A DNA stretch of 46,817 nt from positions 1-46,817 of the forward strand of contig JAISWM010000113.1 of the NCBI GenBank assembly GCA_031270785.1, in the 5' to 3' direction. Below the pieces are notes generated by a model. The model had not been told where the DNA came from, searched no databases, and worked only from the letters and a program-made list of their open reading frames with translations. Below are positions 26,464-34,788 of this stretch, one piece after another. Each line of letters starts with the position of its first letter. Position 1 is the stretch's first letter. The stretch is from Oscillospiraceae bacterium (lineage in GTDB: Bacteria > Bacillota > Clostridia > Oscillospirales > Acutalibacteraceae). A program made the translations under genes and the position numbers.

Positions 26464-26478
26464 TTCAACGTTTTGGGG

Positions 26479-26568
26479 GGGTGATGCCAAATCAGTTAAT
26501 AATATCTTTTCCCCCCGCCCAAGGCGGGGGAAAAAAAGAAGGGATTTCAACTATTTTGAGACATAGCC
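26479..26568 (+). mobile_element. MITE family B copy
   Basis: GGTGATGCCAAATCAGTTAATAATATCTTTTCCCCCCGCCCAAGGCGGGGG...CAACTATTTTGAGACATAGCC. The left end GGTGATGC is the most IS1-like in the window. Confidence 0.85.
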
Positions 26569-26675
26569 GAATTTAGAAAGTAATAATTTAATATATAAAC
26601 AAATATTTGACAATATTGTGAATTTATAATATAAAATACCCTTAAAAATGTACGATATGGTATTCGCGACAAATA

Positions 26676-26704
26676 TTGACAAAATCTTACAAAGCTATTA
26701 GAAT
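26676..26704 (+). promoter_or_regulatory. Candidate abrB promoter
   Basis: TTGACA (26676-26681), a 17-nt spacer, then TAGAAT (26699-26704). A second TTGACA lies at 26607. Confidence 0.45.
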
Positions 26705-26750
26705 TTTTACATGCAGAAATCTAGGAATTATAAGAAATGAGGATTAATAA

Positions 26751-27071
26751 ATGAAATCAATAGGAATTGTCCGCAGGGTAGACGAACTCGGAAGAATAGT
26801 ACTCCCGATCGAACTGAGAAAAATTTTAGACATAGAATCTAAAGATCCCTTAGAAATATTTGTCGACGGCAATACCATAATGCTAAGAAAATATGAACCC
26901 GAATGCACATTTTGCGGAGACGCAAGTGATGTTAAATCCATAAAAGGGAAAAATATTTGCAGTAATTGTATAAAGAGTATAGGGGAGCTTATTTCAAAGG
27001 AAAGTAATTCACAAGCCGATGGCTCAATGAATATTCAAGGCAATGATTTTTTAAAAAATAGCGATTTTTAA
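26751..27071 (+). CDS. abrB: AbrB/SpoVT-family transition-state regulator
   Basis: N-terminus MKSIGIVRRVDELGRIVLPIELRKILDIESKDPLEIFVDGNTIMLRKY closely follows the AbrB swapped-hairpin domain. The C-terminal part carries CxxC...CxxC. Confidence 0.88.
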   Translation: MKSIGIVRRVDELGRIVLPIELRKILDIESKDPLEIFVDGNTIMLRKYEPECTFCGDASDVKSIKGKNICSNCIKSIGELISKESNSQADGSMNIQGNDFLKNSDF

Positions 27072-27073
27072 AT

Positions 27074-27704
27074 TATAGCTGATACACTTTAAAAAAATAA
27101 ATTTGCTCATGCGCCCTCTCCCAGCCGCTGGCGGGTGGGAGAGCAGTAAAAAATTAGATATTTTTCAAGAGCATTAGCTATAGCTATTACACTTAAAAAA
27201 AATAAATTTGCTCATGCGGTCTCTCCCCGCCGCAGGCGGGTGGGAGAGCAGCAAAAAATTAGATATTTTTCAAGGGCGTTAGCTATAAGCTTATGCACTT
27301 AAAAAAAATAAATTTGCTCATGCGGTCTCTCCCCGCCGCAGGCGGGGAAAGAGCAGTAAAAAATCAGATATTTTTCAAGGACGTTAGCTATAGCTGATGC
27401 ACTTAAAAAAAATAAATTTGATCATGCGGTCTCTCCCCGCCGCTGGCGGGGGGGGAGTAGTAAAAAATTAGATATTTTTCAAGGACGTTAGCTATAGCTG
27501 ATGCACTTAAAAAAAATAAATTTGCTTATGCTGTCTCTCCCCGCCGCTGGCGGGGGGGGGAGTAGTAAAAAATTAGATATTTTTCAAAGGCGTTAGCTAT
27601 AGCTGATACACTTTAAAAAATAAGTTTGCTCATGCGGTCTCTCCCCGCCGCAGGCGGGGAAAGAGCAGTAAAAAATTAGATATTTTTCAAGGGCGTTAGC
27701 TATA
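27074..27704 (+). repeat. Head-to-tail tandem array of six family E units (103-105 bp each)
   Basis: Units start at 27074, 27179, 27284, 27389, 27493 and 27598. Each unit reads TATAGCTGATGCACTTAAAAAAAATAAATTTGCTCATGCGGTCTCTCCCCGCCGCAGGCGGGGxxAGAGCAGTAAAAAATTAGATATTTTTCAAGGxCGTTAGC. Junctions share AGCTATAGCT and there are no spacers. Confidence 0.92.
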
Positions 27705-27858
27705 AGTATCTGATATGTATCATTGACTTTTAATTAAAAATATAATAATATTGTCTAGAGATTGAATAATTTTTAATTATTCAACAACTTTCACACGAAA
27801 GCGAAAGATTTAAATTTGCTTGAAAGCGGCTAAAGTATGCAAAGAACAAAATAAGGCT

Positions 27859-28063
27859 TAAAGCTGTTTCACTTGAAAAATGGTCATGTCTAAAAATAGT
27901 TGAAATTTCTTCTTTCACCCCCCGCCAGCTCGCGGGGAGAAAGATATTATCAACTAATTTGAACCACTACCTGAAAAATGCATGCTCATTTGTGCATTCT
28001 TTCCCTGGGGGCCTGCGGGGAAAGAGTTACAGGAGTTTATATTTTTTAAGTTAAACCACTATA
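27859..28063 (+). mobile_element. Family I element (~107 bp) interrupted by a family B copy
   Basis: TAAAGCTGTTTCACTTGAAAAAT, then the B insertion, then GCATGCTCATTTGTGCATTCTTTCCCTGGGGGCCTGCGGGGAAAGAGTTACAGGAGTTTATATTTTTTAAGTTAAACCACTATA. An uninterrupted paralog lies at 43846-43954. Confidence 0.8.
27882..27971 (-). mobile_element. MITE family B copy nested in I, with 8-bp TSD
   Basis: GGTCATGTCTAAAAATAGTTGAAATTTC...ATCAACTAATTTGAACCACTACC, flanked by TGAAAAAT at 27874-27881 and 27972-27979. Confidence 0.92.
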
Positions 28064-28089
28064 ATAAAATTCAAATCACTGGCTGCGAT

Positions 28090-28131
28090 GGGGAAAACAA
28101 AAATATTACTGTTTGAAAAATTTTTATTGTA
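28090..28131 (+). repeat. Family D right-arm fragment
   Basis: GGGGAAAACAAAAATATTACTGTTTGAAAAATTTTTATTGTA. Confidence 0.55.
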
Positions 28132-28160
28132 CTGAAATTTATGTTTAGAGGTGTTGGGTT

Positions 28161-29459
28161 TTGGAAAAAATTATAATATCTGGAGGAAAAAAGTTAAAAG
28201 GCGATGTTACCATCAGCGGCGCAAAAAACGCGGCTGTTGCGGTTATACCCGCCACGCTTCTTGTAAGCGACATTTGCAGAATAGAAAATATTCCAAGTAT
28301 CAGCGATATAACGCTAATGTGCAAAATTATGAGTGAGATGGGCGCGAATATAAGGATGGTAAACAAAAATACTTTAGAAATTGATACAAGAAAAGTTGCG
28401 TCTGCGGTGGTGTCGTGTGACCTTATAAGGAACATGCGCGCGTCGTTTTATATAACAGGGGCGCTTCTTGGACGTTTTTCTAAAGCGGCGGTTTCCTTGC
28501 CCGGAGGATGCAATTTTGGAGGGATAAGGCCAATTGATCAACACTTAAAAGGATTTACGGCACTTGGAGCAAATTGCAAACTTGACGGCGGTGTGGTACA
28601 CGTAAGTTCCGAAAAATTAATTGGAAATAATATTTATTTAGATGTTGTGTCAGTCGGTGCGACAGTAAATATAATGCTCGCGGCAGTAAAAGCTGACGGG
28701 TGCACAGTGATTGAAAACGCAGCAAAAGAACCGCATATTGTTGACCTTGCAAATTTTTTAAACTGCATGGGGGCAAACGTATGCGGCGCGGGAACAGACA
28801 TTATAAAGGTACACGGTGTAAAAAAACTAAACGGAATAACTTATTCAATAATTCCTGACCAAATTGAAGCAGGAACGTACATGGTCGCCGCTGCGGCAAC
28901 AAAGGGTGATGTAACAATAAATAACGTAACTCCGAAACATCTGGAATCTATTACAGCCAAATTAGAAGAAATTGGCGTTTCTATAGAAGAAAAAGATGAG
29001 TCTTTAAGAGTATACGTAAATAAAGATCACTTGATAAGGTGTAATGTAAAAACGCTGCCATATCCGGGATTTCCCACTGATATGCAGCCGCAAATTACTG
29101 CTTTATTATCAACAGTTAACGGCACCAGTATAGTGAGTGAAGGCGTATGGGACAATCGATTCGGGTACGTTGAAGAACTCAGAAGAATGGGCGCGCAAAT
29201 ATCTGTTGATGGTAAAATGGCGGTAATAGAGGGAGTTCAGCGGTTAAAAGGAGCAACTGTAAGGGCACCCGATTTGCGTGCCGGTGCGGCATTAATTACG
29301 GCGGGGCTTTGCGCCGACGGAACCACCATCATAGAAGAAATATCCCATATAGAAAGAGGATATGAAAATATAATCGAAAAGTTAAGGAGCCTTGGCGCGA
29401 ACATAAAAAAAGTCACCTTTGACGACGACCCGATAAATAGCGTGGCAAAAGCGCTTTAA
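28161..29459 (+). CDS. murA: UDP-N-acetylglucosamine 1-carboxyvinyltransferase
   Basis: 432 aa. N-terminus is ISGGKKLKGDVTISGAKNAAV, and the active-site segment LPGGCNFGGIRPIDQH has Cys present. A TTG start lies 7 nt after AGAGGTG. Confidence 0.95.
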   Translation: MEKIIISGGKKLKGDVTISGAKNAAVAVIPATLLVSDICRIENIPSISDITLMCKIMSEMGANIRMVNKNTLEIDTRKVASAVVSCDLIRNMRASFYITGALLGRFSKAAVSLPGGCNFGGIRPIDQHLKGFTALGANCKLDGGVVHVSSEKLIGNNIYLDVVSVGATVNIMLAAVKADGCTVIENAAKEPHIVDLANFLNCMGANVCGAGTDIIKVHGVKKLNGITYSIIPDQIEAGTYMVAAAATKGDVTINNVTPKHLESITAKLEEIGVSIEEKDESLRVYVNKDHLIRCNVKTLPYPGFPTDMQPQITALLSTVNGTSIVSEGVWDNRFGYVEELRRMGAQISVDGKMAVIEGVQRLKGATVRAPDLRAGAALITAGLCADGTTIIEEISHIERGYENIIEKLRSLGANIKKVTFDDDPINSVAKAL

Positions 29460-29469
29460 AAAGAGTCTT

Positions 29470-29510
29470 CCTTGAACCCGGTTTTGGGTTCAAGGCAGAC
29501 GTTTATTTTT
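29470..29510. terminator. Bidirectional Rho-independent terminator between convergent murA and the 29527 gene
   Basis: Stem CCTTGAACCC (29470-29479) pairs with GGGTTCAAGG (29486-29495). TTTATTTTT follows on the plus strand and CTCTTTTT on the minus strand. Confidence 0.6.
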
Positions 29511-29526
29511 GTTATTTGAAAAATTT

Positions 29527-30426
29527 TCACTGACCGTATGCAACGAGTCTCTTCTTCATTTCCTCTGACTCGTTGTTAATTTCATCATAGGCCTCCTCTG
29601 ATTCGCCAAACTTTTTAGTTAATTCGCCACAAAGATTCTTTATTTTTTGTAACTTATTTCCTTCTCGATTCATTGTAACAGCGATCAATTTGGCCCCTTT
29701 CCTAAATTCAATTAAGGTTGCTAGTCCGCCATCACTATATTCATCTGGCAGCCCGGAATTCCATCCTGCACATTCTCCTCTTATCTCGTTAGTGATACCT
29801 TTTAATAATATATTACATTTTCCTTCTTCTCCATTTCCTGCCAATTTAATAGCTTTCTTGATCTCGTTAGCGTACACGGCAAATTTTGCCCCCATTTGCG
29901 CAATTCTCATCAAAATACTAGATTTTATAAGATATGTCGCAATTTTCAGTTCCAATTTTCTCTTTTCGTTTTTATTTATTTTGGGTGACGACATAATTTT
30001 TTGTAATCTAAGAATGTTTTCATCACAATATTTTTGAAGAATAATAATAACCATCATGTAAAAACATCTTTCTGCAATATTTTTAGGATTAATACCAGCA
30101 AAACCTACACAGCACGCTTTAAGGGCACATAATACAGCCAAAGTAACCCCTTTTTTCTTTATAAGCTTTTCATCTACCTCTGGACCCTCCCATTTAATGC
30201 AATTTGCGGTAATCTTGAGGTTTTCCAATTTTTTCACCTTTCTATTAATATTCCATTCTTCAAATTGTTTTTCTAGTTTTTGCAATGCTTGTTTGGGGTT
30301 CATTGCTAAAATAGATTTCAAGAATTTCTTATTCTCATTTTTGAATCCATTTACCCGGTCACTTTTTCCTTTACAAAGTTTTTTAAGTTCTTCATCAATA
30401 CTTTCTTTGCTAACTTTACTAGCCAT
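29527..30426 (-). CDS. Hypothetical protein (~299 aa, K/E-rich, several Cys), no recognised domain
   Basis: The ORF runs to 30462. The ATG at 30426 (MASKVSKE) lies 10 nt after GGAGG. No motif recognised. Confidence 0.6.
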   Translation of the reverse strand: MASKVSKESIDEELKKLCKGKSDRVNGFKNENKKFLKSILAMNPKQALQKLEKQFEEWNINRKVKKLENLKITANCIKWEGPEVDEKLIKKKGVTLAVLCALKACCVGFAGINPKNIAERCFYMMVIIILQKYCDENILRLQKIMSSPKINKNEKRKLELKIATYLIKSSILMRIAQMGAKFAVYANEIKKAIKLAGNGEEGKCNILLKGITNEIRGECAGWNSGLPDEYSDGGLATLIEFRKGAKLIAVTMNREGNKLQKIKNLCGELTKKFGESEEAYDEINNESEEMKKRLVAYGQ

Positions 30427-30578
30427 AACCTTTCTACCTCCTTCAAATTTATCTACCAACATATTACCACACGGATATAAAAAAGCAACACTTTAAATAA
30501 AATATTTTCCAAAGTAAGCAACAAAAACATATAAACGCACTAAAAAAGCGAATATAAAAAAATCTAAATTTCAGCAAC

Positions 30579-30639
30579 TATCGCCCCGCCGATAGGCGGG
30601 GGGGAAAAGAAGAAATTTCAACTATTTTGAGATATGGCC
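30579..30639 (+). mobile_element. MITE family B, hairpin plus right arm only
   Basis: ATCGCCCCGCCGATAGGCGGGGGGAAAAGAAGAAATTTCAACTATTTTGAGATATGGCC. The flank TTCAACGTTTG is shared with the copy ending at 26463. Confidence 0.7.
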
Positions 30640-30665
30640 TTCAACGTTTGCCGCCAACTCCCATT

Positions 30666-30727
30666 ACTTGTAAAAAAAGTAAACTTTTTCATGCGCTATC
30701 TTTCCGCCAACGCAGGGGGAGAAAAAA
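30666..30727 (+). repeat. Family E-like fragment
   Basis: ACTTGTAAAAAAAGTAAACTTTTTCATGCGCTATCTTTCCGCCAACGCAGGGGGAGAAAAAA. Confidence 0.55.
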
Positions 30728-30758
30728 TCAAGACCACCTCTTTTAGGGGTGGTCTTGA
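30721..30758 (-). terminator. Rho-independent terminator of the AAA+ gene
   Basis: An 11-bp stem TCAAGACCACC (30728-30738) pairs with GGTGGTCTTGA (30748-30758), followed on the minus strand by TTTTTTC. Confidence 0.75.
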
Positions 30759-30806
30759 CCTTACCTTATGGTTATGGCTTATACTATTTATAGTTTTAAA
30801 ACAGGC

Positions 30807-33089
30807 TTATCGTAATTTTGCTGCCGCTTTTTCAATGTCAGACCTGTAAAGTGTTATATCAACACGCCTTTTGGTTTCGCTCATATTCAAACGTTCTTGA
30901 ACTGCAATCTCAACGCTTCTGGTAATTTCAGCTCCGGTTTTGTTTCTGAACACAGTTGCAAGAGATTCTACGAATTCATCCAACACAAAGCTTTCTTCAA
31001 GTTTATATCCGGCGAGGCACACTTTCAAAATTTTTCTCGTATCGAATTCGGTTGGCGTAGACATTTCAATCTTGCGCTCAAAGCGACCGGGACGTCTTGC
31101 GGCAGAATCAACGCTATCCAAAACATTTGTTGTGGCTACAAGTATGACTCCGCTGCGTGGGTCAAAATTATCAACACTTGCTAAGAACGCAGGAGTATCG
31201 CTTGCTTGACCCGGTGTACGAACAGGAGCAAGGGCATCTAATTCATCAAACACAACATATGTCGGCGCTCCGGTTGAACGGCTGAGTTCTTCACCACGAT
31301 TAATCGCGTCTTGAACTGCTTTTCTCATGGCATCGTTATCCGGTTGGCGACGTACCATAACGCATTCTCTATTCAGTGATGCAGCAATGGCTTGCACTGA
31401 GGTTGTTTTTCCAACACCCGGGACACCGTAAATTAAGATTCCCTTAGCCGGATTCCCGGTTTGGGTGTTCATTACTTCTTGCCTTTCAGCGTCTATATCC
31501 ATGAATTCACTTTTCAAAGAATCATAACCGCCTACGACGTCGTCCAAATCAAGTTCGCCGTTTCTTAGCAATTCAAGTTGTTTTTGAAAATCGTGACGCG
31601 CGGTCAATTCTTCTTCTTTTTTCATTTTTGCGGTAAATCTTTCAACAATAGCTTTTTTTCTGTCAATGCTTCGATCGGTTTTTGACAAAAACAAGTTTAA
31701 TTTTTGCTCAAACTTTACTTTTTCCGGTAAACTTGCCATGCTGGACAAGTCCGAAGCGAGTTGATCGTGTTCAGACAAAAGATCAGCTTTCATCCCATTT
31801 ATAATTTGCACATCTTTTTCGTCCATTTCACGAATTTCAAATGCCTCGTGAATTTTACATCTCAATCCATAAAGCTGAGAATCATAAGCATCCCTTGAAG
31901 AATTTACCAAATTGATTTCAAAATCTTTTTGTGCATTTGCAATCTCCGCAATTAAACCATCACAATGTTTGCAGTGCTGATCTATGTTCAATTTTGCGCT
32001 TTTAAGATAGTTCTTCACGTTTTGCACAAAAATTTCTTTGTCATCCTCTCTTATATGATCGCTTAAATTCATGTCAACGATAGCAGACTCAAGTTCCCGA
32101 GCTTGCTGTGCAGCGAGTTGAACAACATCTCCAAAATTTTCACTAACGTCTTTCGATTTTTCCAAACAGAATCTTAATTCCCTCAATTTGTTTTCTAAAG
32201 GTTGAACTAAAGCTTCTTTTTGGGCTTGAAAATAACCGTCTTGCTGTGAGATAATTAATTTTTTGCTTGCTTCTTCCAGCTCACGTTTCCTTTTATTTTC
32301 TTCTTCTTTGGCACATTTTATTTTTTCTGCCTCAATTTCTTTTCCCAAAGCCGAGTTTAAATCATCGCATAAACCAGACACACGTTCTATTGCTTTTTTC
32401 GTTTCAGAGAAATGCTCGTCAACATTTTTTACAAACTCTCCCCAATTGAGTTCCGGATCATACCCGCTAAACACATCACTATTCACATCGTTTGCGATTT
32501 TTTCTGACTGTACTTTAATTAAATTTATTTCTGTCTTATATCTGTCGGCATATCCCACCTCACTCACAAAGGCTTTCAATTCATCAATTCTACTGCGTAA
32601 ATTTTTAAACAAACGTTCTTTGAATGTCGAAACATATTCATGTTGCTTTGCGGTATATTGCAGTTCCTCCTCATGTGCCAATTCGTTTCTTCTTTTCACA
32701 GCCTGGATTTGGCGTTGAATGCCGGCGATTGCCAAATCTGCGGCATCGATAACGTCTTTCGCGTCGCGGAAGTTGAAGCGATCAAACATATGGTTACTGC
32801 CACTTAATTTAGCGTAAAGCTCACTTGCGCGTTGTCCGACCAACTCTGCCGCACCTTCGTCATAGTTCCTAAGTTCTGTAATCTTCTTTTCTAAGTCACT
32901 GATTCTTTCCGTCGCTTCGCTGCGAATAGCTTTAACCTCCTCGGCGGAATACAAGTGGAAAAATCCTGGATTTTCGTACGCTGCCACCGCTGGCATAAAC
33001 ACTGTGCCCAATGATGTCAAAACCAAAAGTGAAGCGATTTTGGCATTAAAACTTGACCTTTTGCTAACAATTAACTTTTTCACAAACAA
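30807..33089 (-). CDS. Classical-clade AAA+ ATPase with N-terminal signal/anchor peptide and ~500-aa coiled-coil region
   Basis: 760 aa. Walker A GVPGVGKTT, Walker B VVFDELDAL, second region of homology ATTNVLDSVDSAARRPGRFERKIEM. N-terminus is MFVKKLIVSKRSSFNAKIASLLVLTSLGTVFMPAVAAYE. A TTG start follows GGAG. Confidence 0.85.
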   Translation of the reverse strand: MFVKKLIVSKRSSFNAKIASLLVLTSLGTVFMPAVAAYENPGFFHLYSAEEVKAIRSEATERISDLEKKITELRNYDEGAAELVGQRASELYAKLSGSNHMFDRFNFRDAKDVIDAADLAIAGIQRQIQAVKRRNELAHEEELQYTAKQHEYVSTFKERLFKNLRSRIDELKAFVSEVGYADRYKTEINLIKVQSEKIANDVNSDVFSGYDPELNWGEFVKNVDEHFSETKKAIERVSGLCDDLNSALGKEIEAEKIKCAKEEENKRKRELEEASKKLIISQQDGYFQAQKEALVQPLENKLRELRFCLEKSKDVSENFGDVVQLAAQQARELESAIVDMNLSDHIREDDKEIFVQNVKNYLKSAKLNIDQHCKHCDGLIAEIANAQKDFEINLVNSSRDAYDSQLYGLRCKIHEAFEIREMDEKDVQIINGMKADLLSEHDQLASDLSSMASLPEKVKFEQKLNLFLSKTDRSIDRKKAIVERFTAKMKKEEELTARHDFQKQLELLRNGELDLDDVVGGYDSLKSEFMDIDAERQEVMNTQTGNPAKGILIYGVPGVGKTTSVQAIAASLNRECVMVRRQPDNDAMRKAVQDAINRGEELSRSTGAPTYVVFDELDALAPVRTPGQASDTPAFLASVDNFDPRSGVILVATTNVLDSVDSAARRPGRFERKIEMSTPTEFDTRKILKVCLAGYKLEESFVLDEFVESLATVFRNKTGAEITRSVEIAVQERLNMSETKRRVDITLYRSDIEKAAAKLR

Positions 33090-33141
33090 TTTTCTCCTTT
33101 ATTAAAATATGATAATTAAATTGTAAAAGTGCTACAATTAA

Positions 33142-33170
33142 ATTATAACTCAAACCAATTACAAAGTCAA
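33142..33170 (-). promoter_or_regulatory. Promoter of the AAA+ gene
   Basis: On the minus strand: TTGACT (33170-33165), a 17-nt spacer, then TATAAT (33147-33142). Confidence 0.6.
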
Positions 33171-33254
33171 GCATAAAAAAATATTTTTTTGAAATTTAAT
33201 TTGAATTAAGTTTAATTCCTCGAGGCTTGTCTCGTATATATAGCCAAAATCATT

Positions 33255-33371
33255 TATAGCTGTTTCGTTTGAAAAGCGTCTGATTTTTATAACTTTTTCT
33301 TAGCCGACGGCGGGGAGAAAGTACACGGATAAATTTACTTTCGAGGACTGTTTTAAATCGTAACAGCTATA
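33255..33371 (+). mobile_element. MITE family A copy
   Basis: TATAGCTGTTTCGTTTGAAAAGCG...CGTAACAGCTATA. Confidence 0.9.
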
Positions 33372-33458
33372 GAAACATGGTATCATTTGCGGTTTTCCCC
33401 GCCGACTCGCGGGGGGAAAGCGTAAATAATACCACGTTTTTAAATGATTTTTGTTATA
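33372..33458. repeat. Family D-type palindromic module (D left arm on both sides of the hairpin)
   Basis: ATGGTATCATTTGCGG, then TTTTCCCCGCCGACTCGCGGGGGGAAAG, then CGTAAATAATACCACGTTTTTAAATGATTTTTGTTATA. Confidence 0.65.
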
Positions 33459-33482
33459 ATGAAGTGAAAATGCCAAAGTGTG

Positions 33483-33583
33483 TATAGCTGCTGCGCTTAA
33501 AAAACGTCTAATTTTTTATCGTACTCTCCCCCCCGCCGGTGGCGGGGTAAAAGAAGAAATTTTAACTATTTTGAGACATAATC
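33483..33583 (+). repeat. Chimeric element: E-like left arm joined to B right arm at the hairpin
   Basis: TATAGCTGCTGCGCTTAAAAAACGTCTAATTTTTTATCGTACTCTCCCCCCCGCCGGTGGCGGGGTAAAAGAAGAAATTTTAACTATTTTGAGACATAATC. Confidence 0.7.
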
Positions 33584-33604
33584 AGTTTTTGAAGTATTTT
33601 TAAT

Positions 33605-33747
33605 AGACCTGTCCGTAAATCTCACAGAGCGCAGACTATCGAAAAATGCATCACTTAAAAAATGGCTTTGCATCAAAATCTCCTTGGAGTATCTTCATAC
33701 GCCGTCGTCGATTTTGATTGCAATCTGTAAAATTTACGGACAGGTCT
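33605..33747 (+). mobile_element. MITE family C, intact 143-bp copy
   Basis: 16-17 bp inverted termini AGACCTGTCCGTAAATC...AATTTACGGACAGGTCT, flanked by AAT on both sides. Confidence 0.88.
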
Positions 33748-33782
33748 AATCTAAATTTGGTTTATTAAAATCGAAAAATTCA

Positions 33783-33811
33783 TTGATATTTTATTAGGCA
33801 TATGTTATAAT
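33783..33811 (+). promoter_or_regulatory. Candidate promoter upstream of the 33995 gene
   Basis: TTGATA (33783-33788), a 17-nt spacer, then TGtTATAAT (-10 at 33806-33811). Confidence 0.5.
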
Positions 33812-33994
33812 TTTAATATATGTAAAGGGCGTTAGCTATAAAATAATTTGAAAAAAAGGAAAGCATATATTATGATTATATCAAACAGTTTTGCAACGAT
33901 GTTGCAACGATTTTTCGTCAAATCATTTTATTTACATTTATTTATATATATGCTAAAATTAATGTGGAATAAATATTAAAGGAGAAATAAAAAC

Positions 33995-34669
33995 ATGGGA
34001 TTAACAAAAAATAGAATTATAATAGCAGCGGCAATAACATTAGCAACAGCGGTAGCAGCAATAACAATTATAAAGCTTAAAAACACAAGCACATTAACGC
34101 CATCACCAAATGGCAGGGCTGCAAAGGGTAAAAGTCCCAAACTAACGCACGTTGCAAATCTCGATGCGACGCCCGCTACAAATGTTGCAAACCCCGATGC
34201 GACGCCCGCTACAAATGTTGCGAACCCCGCTATATCGCACGTTGTAACTGCAAAATGTTTCAACAATGCACAAGATTGTTTAAAATTTTGCCTCCTAACC
34301 AATGGAGAAAAAGTCGTTTTAAAAAACCTTCCAAAATTAGGGGCTGGTTATGAAATTCGTAACGACTATAGGCGCCTTGAACGTGATGAATATGGATTGT
34401 ATAGTTATGGCGGCGATTCTTGGGCATTGCATTATTATCCTAGCGAAAATTCACAACAAAATCGTCATTTTCGTGCATATGATGATGACGATTCTCTTTA
34501 CAATAACGATTTTGATAATGGATTGCAGCAAGCAGCAATTTTATACAAGAATGATAATTATGCGGACTTAGACTATGACGATCACTTCACTACGGCGGGT
34601 ATTCTTAAATATGTGGATTGGTGTGCCCAAAACAATAAAAAAATATGTGTTTTTATCCCCTATCTTTGA
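33995..34669 (+). CDS. Hypothetical membrane-anchored protein with an 11-aa tandem repeat linker
   Basis: 224 aa. It has an N-terminal TM helix IIIAAAITLATAVAAITII and a VAN(L/P)DATPATN repeat encoded by 33-bp units at 34151-34232. The C-terminal domain is rich in Y/D/N and contains several Cys. GGAG lies 10 nt upstream. Confidence 0.65.
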   Translation: MGLTKNRIIIAAAITLATAVAAITIIKLKNTSTLTPSPNGRAAKGKSPKLTHVANLDATPATNVANPDATPATNVANPAISHVVTAKCFNNAQDCLKFCLLTNGEKVVLKNLPKLGAGYEIRNDYRRLERDEYGLYSYGGDSWALHYYPSENSQQNRHFRAYDDDDSLYNNDFDNGLQQAAILYKNDNYADLDYDDHFTTAGILKYVDWCAQNNKKICVFIPYL

Positions 34670-34695
34670 TGAATTGGAGGAATTTGGATTGCCTT

Positions 34696-34750
34696 CGAAA
34701 CAACGATATTTTTGTTTTTCCCCCCCGCCTTCGGCGGGGGGGGAAGAAGT
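34696..34750 (-). repeat. Family D-like half element with hairpin
   Basis: CGAAACAACGATATTTTTGTTTTTCCCCCCCGCCTTCGGCGGGGGGGGAAGAAG. Confidence 0.55.
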
Positions 34751-34788
34751 ACCGGTTACAAACTTGATATTTATAATTGAAATTCGTA

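Noticed and set aside
27074-27704. A regularly spaced repeat array that a CRISPR finder might flag.
   Set aside because: The units are 103-105 bp and directly abut each other with no unique spacers. They belong to family E, which also occurs as solitary copies, and no cas genes are nearby.
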